Positions 48,926 through 62,683 are shown, counted from the stretch's first letter. The stretch is DNA of 64,000 nucleotides from Phoronis australis (GCA_002633005.1 NMRA01000341.1:327474-391473); one strand, 5' to 3'. Made by a program: numbers and translations. The notes: generated from the letters alone by a model not told the origin.

Positions 48926-51510
48926 GACAATAACGGACTCTGCGCGTGCGTATTACTGGAATTATTATGGGAAGTTACAGACAGCAACCCGTTTACCAAT
49001 ATGAAAAGGAATTCTTTAAAATTGTAGGAGAAATTACATATTAATTTTTTGATGACCTTTCCACTAATTGACCTCTTCCGGTGCATTATGAGCCCCGATG
49101 AGGGAGTAATTGTTAACTCGATTAAAAGTGTGATTAATGCTAATAATCAAAGATGTTTTACTTTAAGCACTTCAGAATACAAGATGAATGAAGTGGTCAA
49201 ACTTTCAGAAGAAAAATGCACCTAATGACCCCATGGGTGCACCAAATGACCTGAAAATTTAAAATTCAAACTCAATCGCACTTAGTAAACAGAAACGTAA
49301 TTTTGAAGTCTCTAGCTCAAAATTTTAGTTTGCACTCAGTGACCTTTGACCTATTTTTTCTGATTGGTTAGGCCTATTGCAAAGTAAAGGGGGTATTTAA
49401 TTAGCATGTTGACTTACACCAGTGTGCTGAAATTGAAAAGAATTCCTTAAAAAACGTAAGACATATAACATTTTGAACGTTAGATGACCTTTGCACTAAT
49501 TGACCTTATCCGGTGCGCTTTAAACATCTATAGGAGAATTATTGTAAAGCCCATGGAAAATGTGTTTAACGCTGAGAATCACAGTTGTCTAACGGTTAAC
49601 ACATCAGAATACTTGCTGATTGAAAAGGTCAAATTTTCAGAAGAAAAATGCACCTAATGACCCCATGTTTGCACTAAATGACCTGAAACTTTAGATTCCG
49701 AGTTGATTTACCTGTGGCAATCAGACCTGTCAATTTGAATTGTCTAGCTCAAAATTTTAGTTTGCACCTAATGACCTTTGACCTATTTCACCTGATTGGA
49801 TGACCCGATTACTTAGAAAAGTAATTTTTTAAATTGTCATATTGACTTATACCTGCGCACTGAATTTGAAAAAGATAGCTTTGAAACTGAGGGAGGAGTA
49901 GCATTTTGAAAATTATATGACCTTTGCACCAAACGACCTTTTCCGGTGCAATATGGAATATGATTATATAACCAATTAAAATTTATATACTGTCAAAAGT
50001 CATATGCTGAATTTAAAGACCGTACCTGCACCCAATCTGGAGTTATTAAGCCTCAAAGTTGGTCAGAAGAAGAATAAGAATAAGAATAAGAATAAGAATA
50101 AGAACTAGAAAGATTATTGTCACGGCGTGACAATAATGGACTCTGCGCGTGCGTATTAAAGGAATTGTTATGGGAAGTTATTGACAGCAACCCGGTTACC
50201 AATATGAAAAGGAATTCTTTAAAATTGTAGGAGAAATTACATGTTAATATTTTGATGACCTTTCCACTAATTGACCTCTTCCGGTGCATTATGAACCCCG
50301 ATGAGGGAATAATTGTAAAACCAATTTAAAGTGTGGTTAATGCTCAGAATCACAGATGTTTTACTTTAAGCACTTCAGAATACAACATGAATGAATTGGT
50401 CAAACTTTCAGAAGAAAAATGCACCTAATGACCCCATGGGTGCACCAAATGACCCAAAAATTGAAAATTCAAACTCAATCGCATTTAGTAAACAGATATG
50501 TAATTTTGAAGTCTCTAGCTCAAAATTTTGCACTCAATGACCTTTGACCTATTTTTTCTGAATGGTTAGGCCTATTGCGTACATGTAGTTAAGTAGGTTG
50601 TTCAATTGGCATGTTGACTTACACTAGTGTGCTGAAATTGAAAAGAATTTATTGAAAAACGTAAGATATAACATTTTGAACGTTAGATGACCTTTGCACT
50701 AATTGACCTTACCCGGGGCATTTTAAGCATCTTTAGGAGAATTATTGCAAAGCCCATGGAAAATGTATTTAACGCTGAGAATCACAGTTGTCTAACGGTT
50801 GACACATCAGAATACTTGCTGATTGAAAAGGTCAAATTTTCAGAAGAAAAATGCACCTAATGACCCCATGTTTGCACTAAGTGACCTGAAACTTTGGATT
50901 CCGATTTGATTTACCTGTGGCAATCAGACCTGTCAATTTGAAGTGTCTAGCTCAAAATTTTAGTTTGCACCTAATGACCTTTGACCTATTTCACCTGATT
51001 GGATAACCCGATTTCTTAGAAAAGTAATTTTTAAAATTGTCATGTTGACTTATACCTGTGCACCGAATTTGAAAAAGATAGATTTAAAACTGAAGGAGTA
51101 GCATTTTGAAAATTATATGACCTTTGCACCAAACGACCTTTTCCGGTGCAATATGGAATATGATTATATAACCAATCAAAATTTATATACTGTCGAAATT
51201 CATATGCTGAATTTAAAGACCGTACTTGCACCCAATTTGGAGTTATTAAGCCTCAAAGTTGGTCGGAAGAAGAATAAGAAGAATAAGAAGAATAAGAAGA
51301 ATAAGAATAAAATTGAAGAAAACCCTGGAACAACAGTACTCTGCGCTTACACGCGCAGAGTAATAAGAAGAATAAGAAGAATAAGAAGAATAAGAATAAA
51401 ATTGAAGAAAACCCAGGAACAACAGTACTCTGCGCTTACACGCGCAGAGTAATAAAATTGAAGAAAACCCAGGAACAAAAGTACTCTGCGCTTACACGCG
51501 CAGAGTAATT
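48926..51510 (-). mobile_element. Nested/tandem Helentron-associated (HINE/DINE-1-like) elements
   Basis: Two ~1.15-kb units (48926-50070, 50128-51270); sub-TIR ACTCTGCGCGTG; 11-bp stem-loop at 50113-50137 next to AACTAG; (AAGAAT)n microsatellites; three copies of the terminal hairpin ACTCTGCGCTTACACGCGCAGAGT. Confidence 0.8.
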
Positions 51511-52134
51511 AACGGCGCGATCACGGGATTGTTTCCCCACCGGCCTTGAAACGCAGTAAATTAGTTGAATATAAGCAAAGATAGAATCGTTCAGGATTAC
51601 ACATCGATAGGACTCTCTTTTGCCGTCTTGGATCTAAGAAAGCGAGTGCCTCGTTGTGGATTGTCAGGCACATTTTCCCTGGTCAAGATGTATGTCCGTA
51701 TAAATTTTTCATTTGAAACCTTCAGAAGTACCAGAATTCAGAAAGCGTATTCAGCGGGATTCTGTTCGGTTCAATTGACCCAACAAAATTGTTTGATCCG
51801 CTAGCTCCGCATATTCTTGTCTTTGATTGATGTCGAGAAGACGAGACAAACTTGTAAAGAATACGACTATGGAAAGCCAAAGCGGAAAATTTCCAGGAGA
51901 CAAATATTTTCTGTGCAAGAATTAAAAACAGGCCAAAATATTATATTACATCGTAGGACCAAAAATAGGAGTACCTCAAAATCAGAAGTTTCATTTATGC
52001 AAAGATTAATAACAGTCAAAAACCTTATTTTCATTCTTCAAGAACAGGATCAAAATTAACACGCCAGGGCCGAAATTTTAACACGCCAGGACCAAAAAAT
52101 ATTCGTTACTCTATTCGTTCTTCTTGCCAACACG

Positions 52135-52230
52135 TGTTGCTGCTGTGCTGTGGGCTGCAACTCCGACGTGAAAAAATTTGTCAAAATGGACAAGTACCAG
52201 CTATCTGAAATTCTTCGCCTTCCCGACAAC
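52135..52230 (+). pseudogene. Decayed THAP-domain fragment
   Basis: CCCAVGCNSDVKKF...KY then, after a frameshift, LKFFAFPT. Confidence 0.5.
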
Positions 52231-52460
52231 TATGAGGGAGACGAAGATGTCCCTGATTTCCAAAACGAAGTCACGCGCTTTCATATCTCTGAGACAAAGG
52301 AGAGCATAATGTAGCGTACAGTCACACGCACATTAGATGTCTCTCTTGTTGTTGTTGTTGTTGACCCAGCGGTTAACACGTGTATAATAATAATGCCGTA
52401 ACAGTGGCTCATAAAACTTTATTTATGATATGATACGAGTAATACTACGATTTAAGATTC

Positions 52461-52503
52461 ACGATACGATACGATACGATACGATACGATACGATACGAT
52501 ACG
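52461..52503. repeat. (ACGAT)n pentanucleotide microsatellite
   Basis: Directly visible. Confidence 0.9.
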
Positions 52504-54786
52504 GTTAAACCTGAAACAATTAATAAAGATAATACAATATCTAATACAAATTGAAGTACCAAATACATCATACTAAAATACAGAAAATTGCATATCTAAT
52601 AATATTATATCAACTCACAATTTGGCAAACAATAGTCAGCAGAAACTTGTAGTTACAGCAATTTCTATTACAACACTTTCTATGAGTTAATCAAATAATC
52701 AAAGAACTGAGAATAATCGTTTCTAAAGTCAAAGTTTATAGTAAAACATCAAGAAACAAAGTTGTCTCTTACAAATGCTGAGTATCTGTGATATTTTTGA
52801 AGCAAGCAGCAGACTCTCTCCAAGCAATATGAATTCTAGAGTCGCAGAATATTTATACTGAACACAAGAAAGGTGGGCGAGAAAGTTCAAAACATGAAAA
52901 CCCACAAACTTCCTCCAAAGTGCTTCATCTATTTCCAAAACAATTCTCTGAACAAAGTCGCTGGTTCCAAAACAATTCTGTGAATCAATCTGCTGGACTC
53001 CAGCAATGAACCCAAGTCATTACCAATTATGGTGCATGACAATCAAGAGTTGAGTAATTCCGATGGACAAATAACAGATTATTGTTGTTGTCGGAAATGC
53101 CTCATCCCAAAGCTGAGAGGTTTTCAAAGACTTTAAGTTACACAACTTGCAAAACAAGGCACAATTGTTATTATAAACATCCCACAACTGGTAACAGACA
53201 TGTGGTGAATCACTTCCCATGAACTCCTAGGAGGTTACAAATTTTGGTAAACAACCAATATATTTAATTAATTATACACTAGTCACTAAAATTGCATAAT
53301 ATTGCTTTTAATTAGACTAATTATCTACAGCATCAAAAAATGTCACCAACAGAGAGTTCTATCACCGTGTAATCCGGGGCGTTTTTTCGCTGTCAATATC
53401 AACGTCACCATCTGGCTGGGAGAAGCAAGTGGTACGCATCTCGTCACTTTTTGTATTTGGGCATGTTGAAATGATGACTGAACGGTCGATGTTGGTTTCT
53501 CCTATTATAACTTTAAAACCGGAGCTTAAAAATGTACTAATATTACAGTTCTGGAAAATTAATGTTGCCAAAACGAAAAGTGAATTGAGCTGTGCAAGTT
53601 CGGTCGCAATGACGAGTTTCTGAGTCATTTTGTCTGAAAATTTTTGGCGTGTACTGTACAAGATCAATTCACATGTGAAATTGATTCTTTCAGACGTCGG
53701 ATACGATACGAAGTGTGACCCGCCTTCTGATTGGAAGGCATGTGAACGTTAACGTCACCAGATGTGCTTACAGCATGATTGAATATAAACCAGAGTTGTC
53801 AGACACACTTCATGACATACAGTGTAGCAGTACGTCAGGGCACAGTTGCATAAAAGTTATACGCTGCATATCAACAATGACGTAGCATTGTCACGCGCCA
53901 TGTTGTTATTGTTGAACGATGCACCTGACGTCATGCAACAATCAAACTTATCCAGCGGATAATTTTAAAGTTTTATGCAACCCAGACCTGGTGTGCAAAG
54001 AACCTGCCTTGCGCTGCACGATCAACAGTTTCACATGCACCATCACAATCATTTGTAAAGTCACCATTCTTTACGGTAACAACGACACAAACAAATTCAT
54101 CGAGACTCTTACTTTAAATTTAAAATAACAAGAAGTTAAAGAGTATTAGTTAAAAATAAAATATCGCATAGGCTATTGAAGATGAAATCAGCACCTTAGC
54201 CTTCAACAGCAAAGGAATTTCAGAATGACTTTTAAACCTTCGCACGAAGCAAACTGGGATTTCACAGTTTGTGCGCTGAAAAACATTTTAGCTTTACAAT
54301 GGCATCAATTACATCTCATAACAAGCTCCACTTATACTTCAAATCAAACCAAGAGCTTCTGGTTTCTTATAATTTCCGCAAAATACGCCTCAGTAACCAC
54401 ACCGTCTTGTCTGCGGCTGTAAAAAACGACTAACTGAATGAAGGACAAAGACCACACCGATGAATGTAGCTTGATGCTATTGATAAACTGTGAGAGTATG
54501 AAAAGGCAGTGTATTGAATTTTCGAATAATACCTTTATCAGGTGTCTACTTCAATTTTGTGATAAAAAACGGAATAAGCTAGAAATATAAAGTATGTCAC
54601 AAATTTTAGTTATTCAAAGTTTGAAAAACAGTGGTTCAAATTTGTTGAAGGTACAATTAGAGGGAACGCCTACAGAATGCGTGCCTTGCACTCGTTTATA
54701 CATTTAACGCGCAATGCAAACGCCATGGTAAAATTTGCAAGCGTGAATATGGAAGTCGCTGATAGAAAACGTTCAGATTTAATGCA

Positions 54787-55114
54787 ATGGCGCCAAAGGG
54801 TTCTTAAAGGAGCAACTTTCTTAATCAGTTCATATAGTGCAATCAAGCCCGCGCACTCAAGCTAACTGATTAAGAGCAGAACGATGATGGTTTAAGAACT
54901 AAAAGTACGCGTAGATTTAGCAACGGCACGCGTAATTAAAAGTACGTGTAGATTACGCAAAAGCACGCTTAGATTAAGCAAACGTACGCGTAGATTAAGC
55001 AAAAGCATGCGTGAATTAAGCAAAAGTACACGTAAATTAAGCAAAAAATTACCGTAGATTAAGCAGATCAACGCGTACAAATTAACTCGTTTAAAAAACC
55101 CTTTGGCGCTTCAT
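54787..55114. mobile_element. MITE with an internal 21-bp tandem array, copy A
   Basis: GCGCCAAAGGGTT / AACCCTTTGGCGCTTCAT termini; TTAAGCAAAAGTACGCGTAGA-type repeats. Confidence 0.75.
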
Positions 55115-55173
55115 AGCAATCTGACGTGTTATTTTAATGACGCAATCATTGCACACTTGTTGATGCTGAAGAT

Positions 55174-55566
55174 ATGAATCGCCAAAGGGTTGTTAAACGA
55201 GTACATTTCTACCCGTTGAAATGTGCTTTATCTACGCGTACTCTTGCTTAATTTACGCGTGCTTGTGCTTAATCTAAGTGTACTTTTGCTTAACTGACGC
55301 GTATTTTGGCTTTATTTATGCGTGCTCTTGTTTTATTTACGCGCACTTTTAATTTAGGCGTACTTTTGCTTAATCTACGCGTACTTTTAGTTCTTAATAG
55401 ATCAGTGATCATCGTTCTGCTCTTAATCAATTAATTTGAGAGCACGGGCGTGATTGGACTATTTAAACTGATTAAAAGTTCACGTAGATTCAGCAAAAGT
55501 TCACGTGGATTAAGCACATTTTAACGCGTAGAAATGTACTCGTTTAAGAACCCTTTGGCGCTTCAT
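55174..55566. mobile_element. MITE with an internal 21-bp tandem array, copy B (inverted relative to A)
   Basis: ATGAATCGCCAAAGGGTT / AACCCTTTGGCGCTTCAT; the array is the reverse complement of that in A. Confidence 0.75.
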
Positions 55567-58180
55567 GTGAACTATGCCAGTGCCCGGTAATCTTCGCTAT
55601 AATATGCACATGTGCCCGGAAGTCCTTCTCATTGTGACTGTTTATACTCTGTTACCTCCTATATCATTGGAATGCAGAAATACAATCGTTTTGCACAACA
55701 CGTTTTCACAAGTGCCTTCATACAAGGTTTAGACTTTATGCTGAAGTGTGACGGATCGAAGATCACCACAACGTGTTCCTGGTCCGACATTTTCCTCTGT
55801 CAATTTGGATACCGGTGCGTTCCTTAGACGCAATCAATCTAGCAAAATGCAAAATCACGAAGGACCTCGCGAGATATGATCATGTATTACAAGCAAAGCA
55901 CGCGACCACACTATGTTTCTTTGCGAGATCCTTACGTTTACGGAACTCGGGCCTGGAATTCGTATTAAAACTCGCTGAATCTGTGTGCGATCTGCTGTCT
56001 CGAGTGGTTTATACAGCCATTACCTGCATCATCAGGTATCTCTTAGTTAAACGAGTAGATGTACAGATCGTTCTTTTTCTGCCTAGATCACAACACTGGG
56101 TAAGCATTTTTACATGCTAGATTCCAAAGCAGGTGTTGCGTGTAATTTACTCATGCTATTTGTTAACTGATTCAATTTAGATGAATTAGAAAATAAAAAC
56201 CCAGAGGAGAGCTTGGGGAACATTTAGACGTTGCGTTTGATGGATTGTTCGACTGTCTTCGTCTGTGTAGGCAATGCGCTCTCGAACAGCGATATACAAG
56301 TCACTACTGTATATATAAATTATACATAAATGTCTTCAGTCAAACTATTATTCCAACTTGATTTTTGTCAAAGTGTCTCCGTTCGAGAGGCGATCTTTTG
56401 ATTTAGACCAATTACCGCTACAGAATTGGTCTCAACTTGTTCCTTACTGAGATGGGAAGTGACATTTGAGTTCGGTATTCCGTGAAACCGAGCTCGGCGC
56501 ATAAACCAAATCGTATAAGCCAGGTCTCCAGTGATTATTTATCAAACTGATATTTTTTCTGCGAAGCCCCGAAATCACCTCTAATTTGACCAAGAAACAA
56601 ATTGAGACCAGTTTCGTAAGGATAAGTGGTCTAAAGCAAAATTTAGCTGTTGTTAGGAAAAGCGAGTCAGGCTAGTAATTTTAACCGCTATGGAGGATTT
56701 GTGAGACACTACAAGAAGGCCTGAACATATATAAAATGGGAACACCAGGGGGTGCGGGTGAAAATGAAACGGAACCCTTTGATTTGCAAAATGCACATGG
56801 CCGACTGAAAACAAGGCTTGTGAATGCATAGGATCTGCATTTCTTTAGAAATTCAGTCACCAATCCCAATATGGCAACCGGCTCGGAACAGTGGTTTGTA
56901 GAGTACATTGCATAGTTGAAATTTGAAATAGGAGGAATTTGTCTGTTGGAATGACGAGTTTAAAGTTTCATTTCGCCCTGTTCATTAGGACAATTCGAAA
57001 ATTGAATCAAGCCTTTTACCCGCATAAACTTAGTCTCATAATATTCAGCCTCATCATGATAGGATTCTATTTCTGTTACCAAAGCAACTGAGTCACAGGG
57101 ATATGAGTTGGAATATTCACCATTTTCGAATTCATAATGTTAGGATTGGCTAGCGACAACAAATTTTAAAACATTTTATTGAGATGCTGGGGGTTTTGAT
57201 GATTTTGTAGGCCAGAAATACAAGCATAACGGCCTATTTAATTGGACCAAAACGTCGATGTCCCTTTTTAGCAAGCAAAACAGGGTGAAATACAACTTTG
57301 AAGCTTGAGAGATCCGCCGACAGCGTATTGTGTTACATGACCATCAAATGTGACTGTGGTATAACCAGACGAATATGTCAGCTCGCCGTATGCAAATGAT
57401 CTGGTTAACCAGGCTTATCTAATCCAGGTTAACTTCTCGGCCACAAGGGGGCGAATGTGGCGAGTTTCAGTTGATAACCAACCCAACACACGTAGCGGCA
57501 GCGCCGGTTTCTTGGACTTCGCGTACATCTCAGCTTTACCCAATTTTCTATTCTGAAACTGGAGACATCGTCACGCTGAGTGTGGAATTTCTGTCGTCGT
57601 TTGGTTAGCTGATGTTACAAAGCATTGTAACGAAACACTGTGTATCAATTTTTGTTAGCGTGTATCTGTCTTTATTGCCGTAAATATGATTCAGAATTCG
57701 TTTTTGAATCACCAGATTTGGATCAGAAAAGTTATTGATCTATATTTAATTCTGACTCCCCCATCACACCGCGCAATAACACATGCAATAAGACTGATTT
57801 CATGTTTCCACCACAGCGTAAATTATGATATGGCTGAGAAACCGTTACGTAAACCGTCTGGTGGATGACTCACGTTTCACTCACTGCTGTTTGAATTTCA
57901 ATATTTCGCCAAGTGTGATGTTTCTGGGAGGCATCGCTCGCACAAAGCCTATTTTCATAAAGAATGAGCCACCAAAATATCGCTTTGCAGTAACCAGGTC
58001 TCGGGCCCGCCTACATTTCATAAAGTTTTACTATAAAGTATAGACTAGGTGAGAAAGTCCGACTCTGTCGACGAAAGCGTTGCTTTCATCACGGACTAGC
58101 TTCTAGCCGAGTTTGGCGAGATCATACAAGTAAAGGTGTATTCGTGAGATATTTTGAATAATTTCAAGCGAAGCGTCATT

Positions 58181-58375
58181 GAAAACACTTCGCCGGGCCC
58201 GGGGTGTTTTCGTTGCCTCAAACGTGGAATGAACGTTTTCCGCACATGTGCACACTTCTATAAGATATCGGTGTGACTTTCAAATCGGAGAGTGGCTGGC
58301 CGTATGACTGGAGCCCCATGTGCATACATGTATGACATTCACCCAGAGATGAGGCAATAAAAACACCCGAGGTGT
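58181..58375. repeat. Small hairpin-type dispersed repeat, copy 3
   Basis: GGGTGTTTTCGTTGCCTCA ... TGAGGCAATAAAAACACCCGAGGTGT. Confidence 0.5.
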
Positions 58376-58556
58376 AGTGCATGGCGAAGCACGCGATTAC
58401 AACATAGCTTTCATTTTGCGTTACGGAATGAGCCACCGTTGTTAGACTCGACTCGTACCTTTGCTCGTCACTGGATTCCCAAGTTCGGCATTGAAAAAGC
58501 GACTGGATGTGTTGCATTGAACTCGTTAGCTGGATTTTTATCAACCCAATTAAAAC

Positions 58557-58711
58557 CAGTGGCGGATTTAGAGGGGGGCCAAGGTGGCCATGCTCCCCTC
58601 AAATTCTCACAGAGTCCATTGGCAGTTCGGGGGTGCGAATGTCTGACGAGCAAAATCCTGCTTAATACTCTGCCCTGGCCCCCGTAACTCAAAATTCTGG
58701 ATCCGCCCCTG
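58557..58711. mobile_element. ~160-bp hAT-like MITE, copy 2
   Basis: CAGTGGCGGATTTAG ... CTGGATCCGCCCCTG; 5-bp TSD AAAAC. Confidence 0.82.
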
Positions 58712-59138
58712 AAAACCATGTTCATTGGACCCTAACGAGAACGACGTACTGATGGAAATCAAAATCAATTCTGTAAAACTTCTGGTCGTCATTCTTCGCA
58801 AATACTTCGTAATCCTGTACAAACAAATTTAATGGTTGTAAATGCAGGTACGATTTAATTTCATCCTGCCTTGTGAAATTTAGTTTAACAGTGACAGGAA
58901 AATCATGCAGATGGACTTCATTTGTAGCTTCGGCCAAAACGTACGAATTCCGAAACTCCTTTGCTCGACTACCGCATATATAGCTCTCAAAACTGAAACT
59001 ATTAGAGAATCGATATATCGATCCCTTTAATTTCATATCCAGGCAAACTGAAGAACGAAACGACATAGAGACGAATATGAAACCATATGAATGAGTATAA
59101 ACGGATATTTGTACTAACTATATCGACATTGATTTCAG

Positions 59139-59201
59139 TATAAATTCCATCATACCCAGGAAGAGATAGCCGAGACGATGGAGGAAATGACGCTTAGGCA
59201 G
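59139..59201 (+). CDS. SEC14-like gene 2 (tandem paralog), exon equivalent to gene 1 exon 1 (YKFHHTQEEIAETMEEMTLRQ)
   Basis: atttcag/ acceptor, CAG/gtatgg phase-0 donor; aligns with gene 1 10423-10491 (Y...QEE..ET.EE..LRQ); in-exon ATG at 59178. Confidence 0.7.
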
Positions 59202-59867
59202 GTATGGCTCACTTAAACATGAAGCTTTTTATGATCATAATGGTATATAAAAATTCCCTTACAGCCCTCACAAAGAGCGTTGGAAAGCTTCAATTTAGAC
59301 AATGGTCTTGGTACTGGTCTTAAAGAGTGCCCACCATCACTCTGTGTCTCAAAAAATATTTTAACAAAGCTTAAGAAACAAGCCAAAATTAAAAAAAAGT
59401 TTTCTGTTTTCAAGGTTGTACGAAATGAGTGGGAGACCGTCTCCGCCGTTGTTGTTTTTATCAGTGCGACACTGTGGAGTTATGAGGGTTCCGCAGAGAG
59501 CCGCCTTTTTAAGACATGAAAAAGTGCGTTTCGGTGAAGGCTGTAGTAACACCAACTTGACTGAGAATGTCTATCTGTTTAAATTTCCTAAATACGTGAA
59601 AGTTGAACAGGGATCGCATCGGTCAAGTTGTGCACCGCACGAGAGTGTGGAATGTTAGTGTGGAACATGCGATTCAGTCGGGAGCCACACTTTGTTGGGT
59701 ACATTTCAAGTGAAGGAATCCTGTTTCGACCAAACACCAAAGCGGCGTTACGATAAAGGACTCACCACCTTGTAAGTGTATTTGCAAATTTTAAAAATAA
59801 CGAACACCTGCCTGCATTCTAGGGCCAGTGATGCCAGGCCCTCGATCCCTACCCAGATCGAGTGTTA

Positions 59868-60096
59868 TAAAAAATAATTGAAGGCGGTCTGAAACACGTT
59901 TTATCAGACGTGCGAAGGCTCTGCGCATGTGGGCCCATTGCACTGATCACCTGCAACCATTGTCATAGTTAAAACTGACCTGAGGAGCTAGAGACTAGAC
60001 TCAAGGGTCTAGCAGTGTGGCCCAGTGGGATTCGAACCCCCGAGCTCGAGTAACGGAAAGCGGGCAGCTATCCCATTAGGCTTCACTGCCTCCTCT
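59868..60096 (-). mobile_element. tRNA-derived SINE, copy 2
   Basis: Minus-strand B box GGTTCGAATCC; 13-bp TSD AGATCGAGTGTTA/AGATCGAGAGTTA (12/13 match); homologous to 26413. Confidence 0.78.
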
Positions 60097-61591
60097 AGAT
60101 CGAGAGTTAGGTCACATTGGCTTATGCATTGTTTGACCGTGCTCATTTCACCGTGGTAACAGTGAATACGAGTGACCCAGGTTAATTATTGTGGCCTTTG
60201 TCAGTGTCTATTTTGTGAATATACTGACCGGGCTTTGGTTCAGTTAGTTGTACGCGTAGCTCACACTGAAATGTCTGCAGCATTTCTCGTGCTGCATGTG
60301 GGTCGAGTTCATACGGCCTCCGAGAGCCAACGAAAGTTCGCAAAGTGGGAAATCGAATCGATGGTCTGATTCTTCAGCCAATTAAGTGCTTGAGTATGAT
60401 GCCCGTATCCACACTCTTCGCTGTCTGCATACTAATTGTCCAGTTCTCGCTTAAAATCGCCCTCGTCTTCTTACCTGCTGTGTTCCACCACTGCAACTGA
60501 TTGTCAAGGAATCAAACGCGTCTTCCACCTATTACATCATTATGGCGGAAACTTGGAAATAACAAATTTTTCTTCAAAAGTACTTATTTACTTAGATTTT
60601 ATGTATATTAGGCCGCCATCTTGCCATTTGCTAGCGCCCCAAGCAGCGAATAAGTATGGGCGCATCCAGGGGTTGCTGGGAGGGCTCGAACGAGTTCTGA
60701 CGTTACTGATCAAGTCAAATTGTAAATTGCTATGCACTGAGCTAGCACTGAATTTCGACGGGATTCCTGTCCACCGAGTATGAAGTTATCAGAACGGAAA
60801 TCTCATGTCTTCTTTTCGTCAACAAAATTGGGAGAAAGGGAATCCGAACCAAATGGCACTTCTGAACTTGCTAAACATTCTGACACCGGAAACAATACGA
60901 TTATTTCTATTAATTTTATTTTTATAGACTTCGAATAAAACTTTCATCGTTATTGAAATATTCCGAATTGAACCAAAACCAAGCCGTAGCTTAAAGGTAC
61001 CTTGAACAACAACGCAGTGTAAACCAATTTGTTACTACATGTGGAAAACACCAATCTGTCCACATTGAAGTAAAAAATTGCCAAATGTAAGGGACAGTTA
61101 GGACTATTAATTTCAACACGATCATGACAACACTCACACTCATCGGTGTTCTGAGAAGATACATACCTCTGCCATGCGGATATCGATTAAACTGCTGTTT
61201 TCTCGCTGTGACGCATAATGACGCAAAAGGCTACGGACACATAACATATCATTTGACCTACTTTTGTTTGTGTGTTTAAATCGTGTTGTCTTCTGTTCCT
61301 AAAGAATTGTTAGGACTGTCTAGCTGGATTATCCGATACTTCAAAAATAACAAAAAACCGTTCGAAGAAGAAGTCACCTTTATAAAAAAGGTAACGCTCG
61401 CCTTTAATTCCTACATGCATCTACGTGTTATTTCTGAGGAAAAATAGTGGTCATCATCATTATCTGTAGTTCCATAATACAACTTTTAAAAATAAGCTTG
61501 AGACTATAATAAGATAATACTGGCTGTACTGTTTGCACTAAACTCTCCATTATGCACGATAAACTACGGAATTTTCTTTCTTCCTCCGCAG

Positions 61592-61661
61592 TTCAAGGTG
61601 AACATCGCAGACCTCCTTCGACCGGAGCACGACGACCATCTCTTGAACAAATGGCTTAAAG
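61592..61661 (+). CDS. SEC14-like gene 2, exon 2 (FKVNIADLLRPEHDDHLLNKWLK); the gene continues beyond the window
   Basis: ttcttcctccgcag/ acceptor, G/gtaatt donor; same 70-nt length and phases as gene 1 exon 2. Confidence 0.88.
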
Positions 61662-62683
61662 GTAATTCAAACCCACTTTAAACTTCGACAAATCGATACG
61701 ACAATTCTTGCGTTCTTAGTTTTATGAAATTCTGCACTAGAATCGATTCCAGTGGTTAAACCGTTACCGATTCAATGAAAAAAATTAGCGAAGTGAAAAT
61801 ATCTAGATGTTAATGGCATGACCGAGGTTCATTATCTATAGTCCAATTCTTATGTGACAAACCCTGCAGACAGTTAAGCCCATTTTCCTTTGCATTAATA
61901 TTTTAAGTGAAATGCTTGACGTTACTCAAGCCCCGGATAACATTGGATATAAACTGTTACTAGAACATATTTGGTTGGTTGAGATCTTAAGTTTTTAATG
62001 AAAATCTGAAAAGATCCACAGAGTAGGAGTCTGTTAGGCTCCATATCCTTGTGCCAGAAATCAGACTCGACTCAGGCTCGGAATGTGAATTTAAGGCGAT
62101 AATATCTGAGACAATTTTATGTATTATTTACGATCATCACCAAAGCACATTCGAATCTACGACGACATTGGTCGCATTATTATACCTTACTTAGTTTAAA
62201 AATTCCGTAATAATTTTGCGTTCCAACGAATACACTAAATTTTCGTTTAGACAATTTAAAACAAAATACAAAAATTTAATATAAATTTGACCCCAATTTA
62301 TTCCTACGTCAAACGAGTAGTGAATGTTGATAGTTCGCCATTCCTCGAGGCCTTGCTAGGTAAATCAAATGTTCCTCCAGGTCAAGTCAATTACCTGCCT
62401 GACGTCAGGCAATAACGGACCGCCAGTTCTTTCCAAGCCACGAAATCGCTTTCAATTTGATTGAAGAACAATGCCAGACCAATGTCATAAAGCACCTAGT
62501 CTAAAACAAAACTAGCTTTGTGACGGAAGGTGGGTGTACAACTCTTTATTGGATGACCTGACACAGGTCAAGGGTAAAAAGGTCATCACACATTTACAAG
62601 TTGACGGTTGCTTCCGAACATGCAAAAATCGCCTCCAGTTACATAGCGATCAGGATAAGGACAGATATTTCACCTCCAGGTAA

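Noticed and set aside
52729-53220. Possible LINE 3' fragment on the minus strand
   Set aside because: No recognisable reverse-transcriptase or endonuclease motif.
62341-62370. CTCGAGG resembling exon 3 of SEC14 gene 2
   Set aside because: No AG acceptor and no AR.FD reading; exon 3 probably lies beyond the window.
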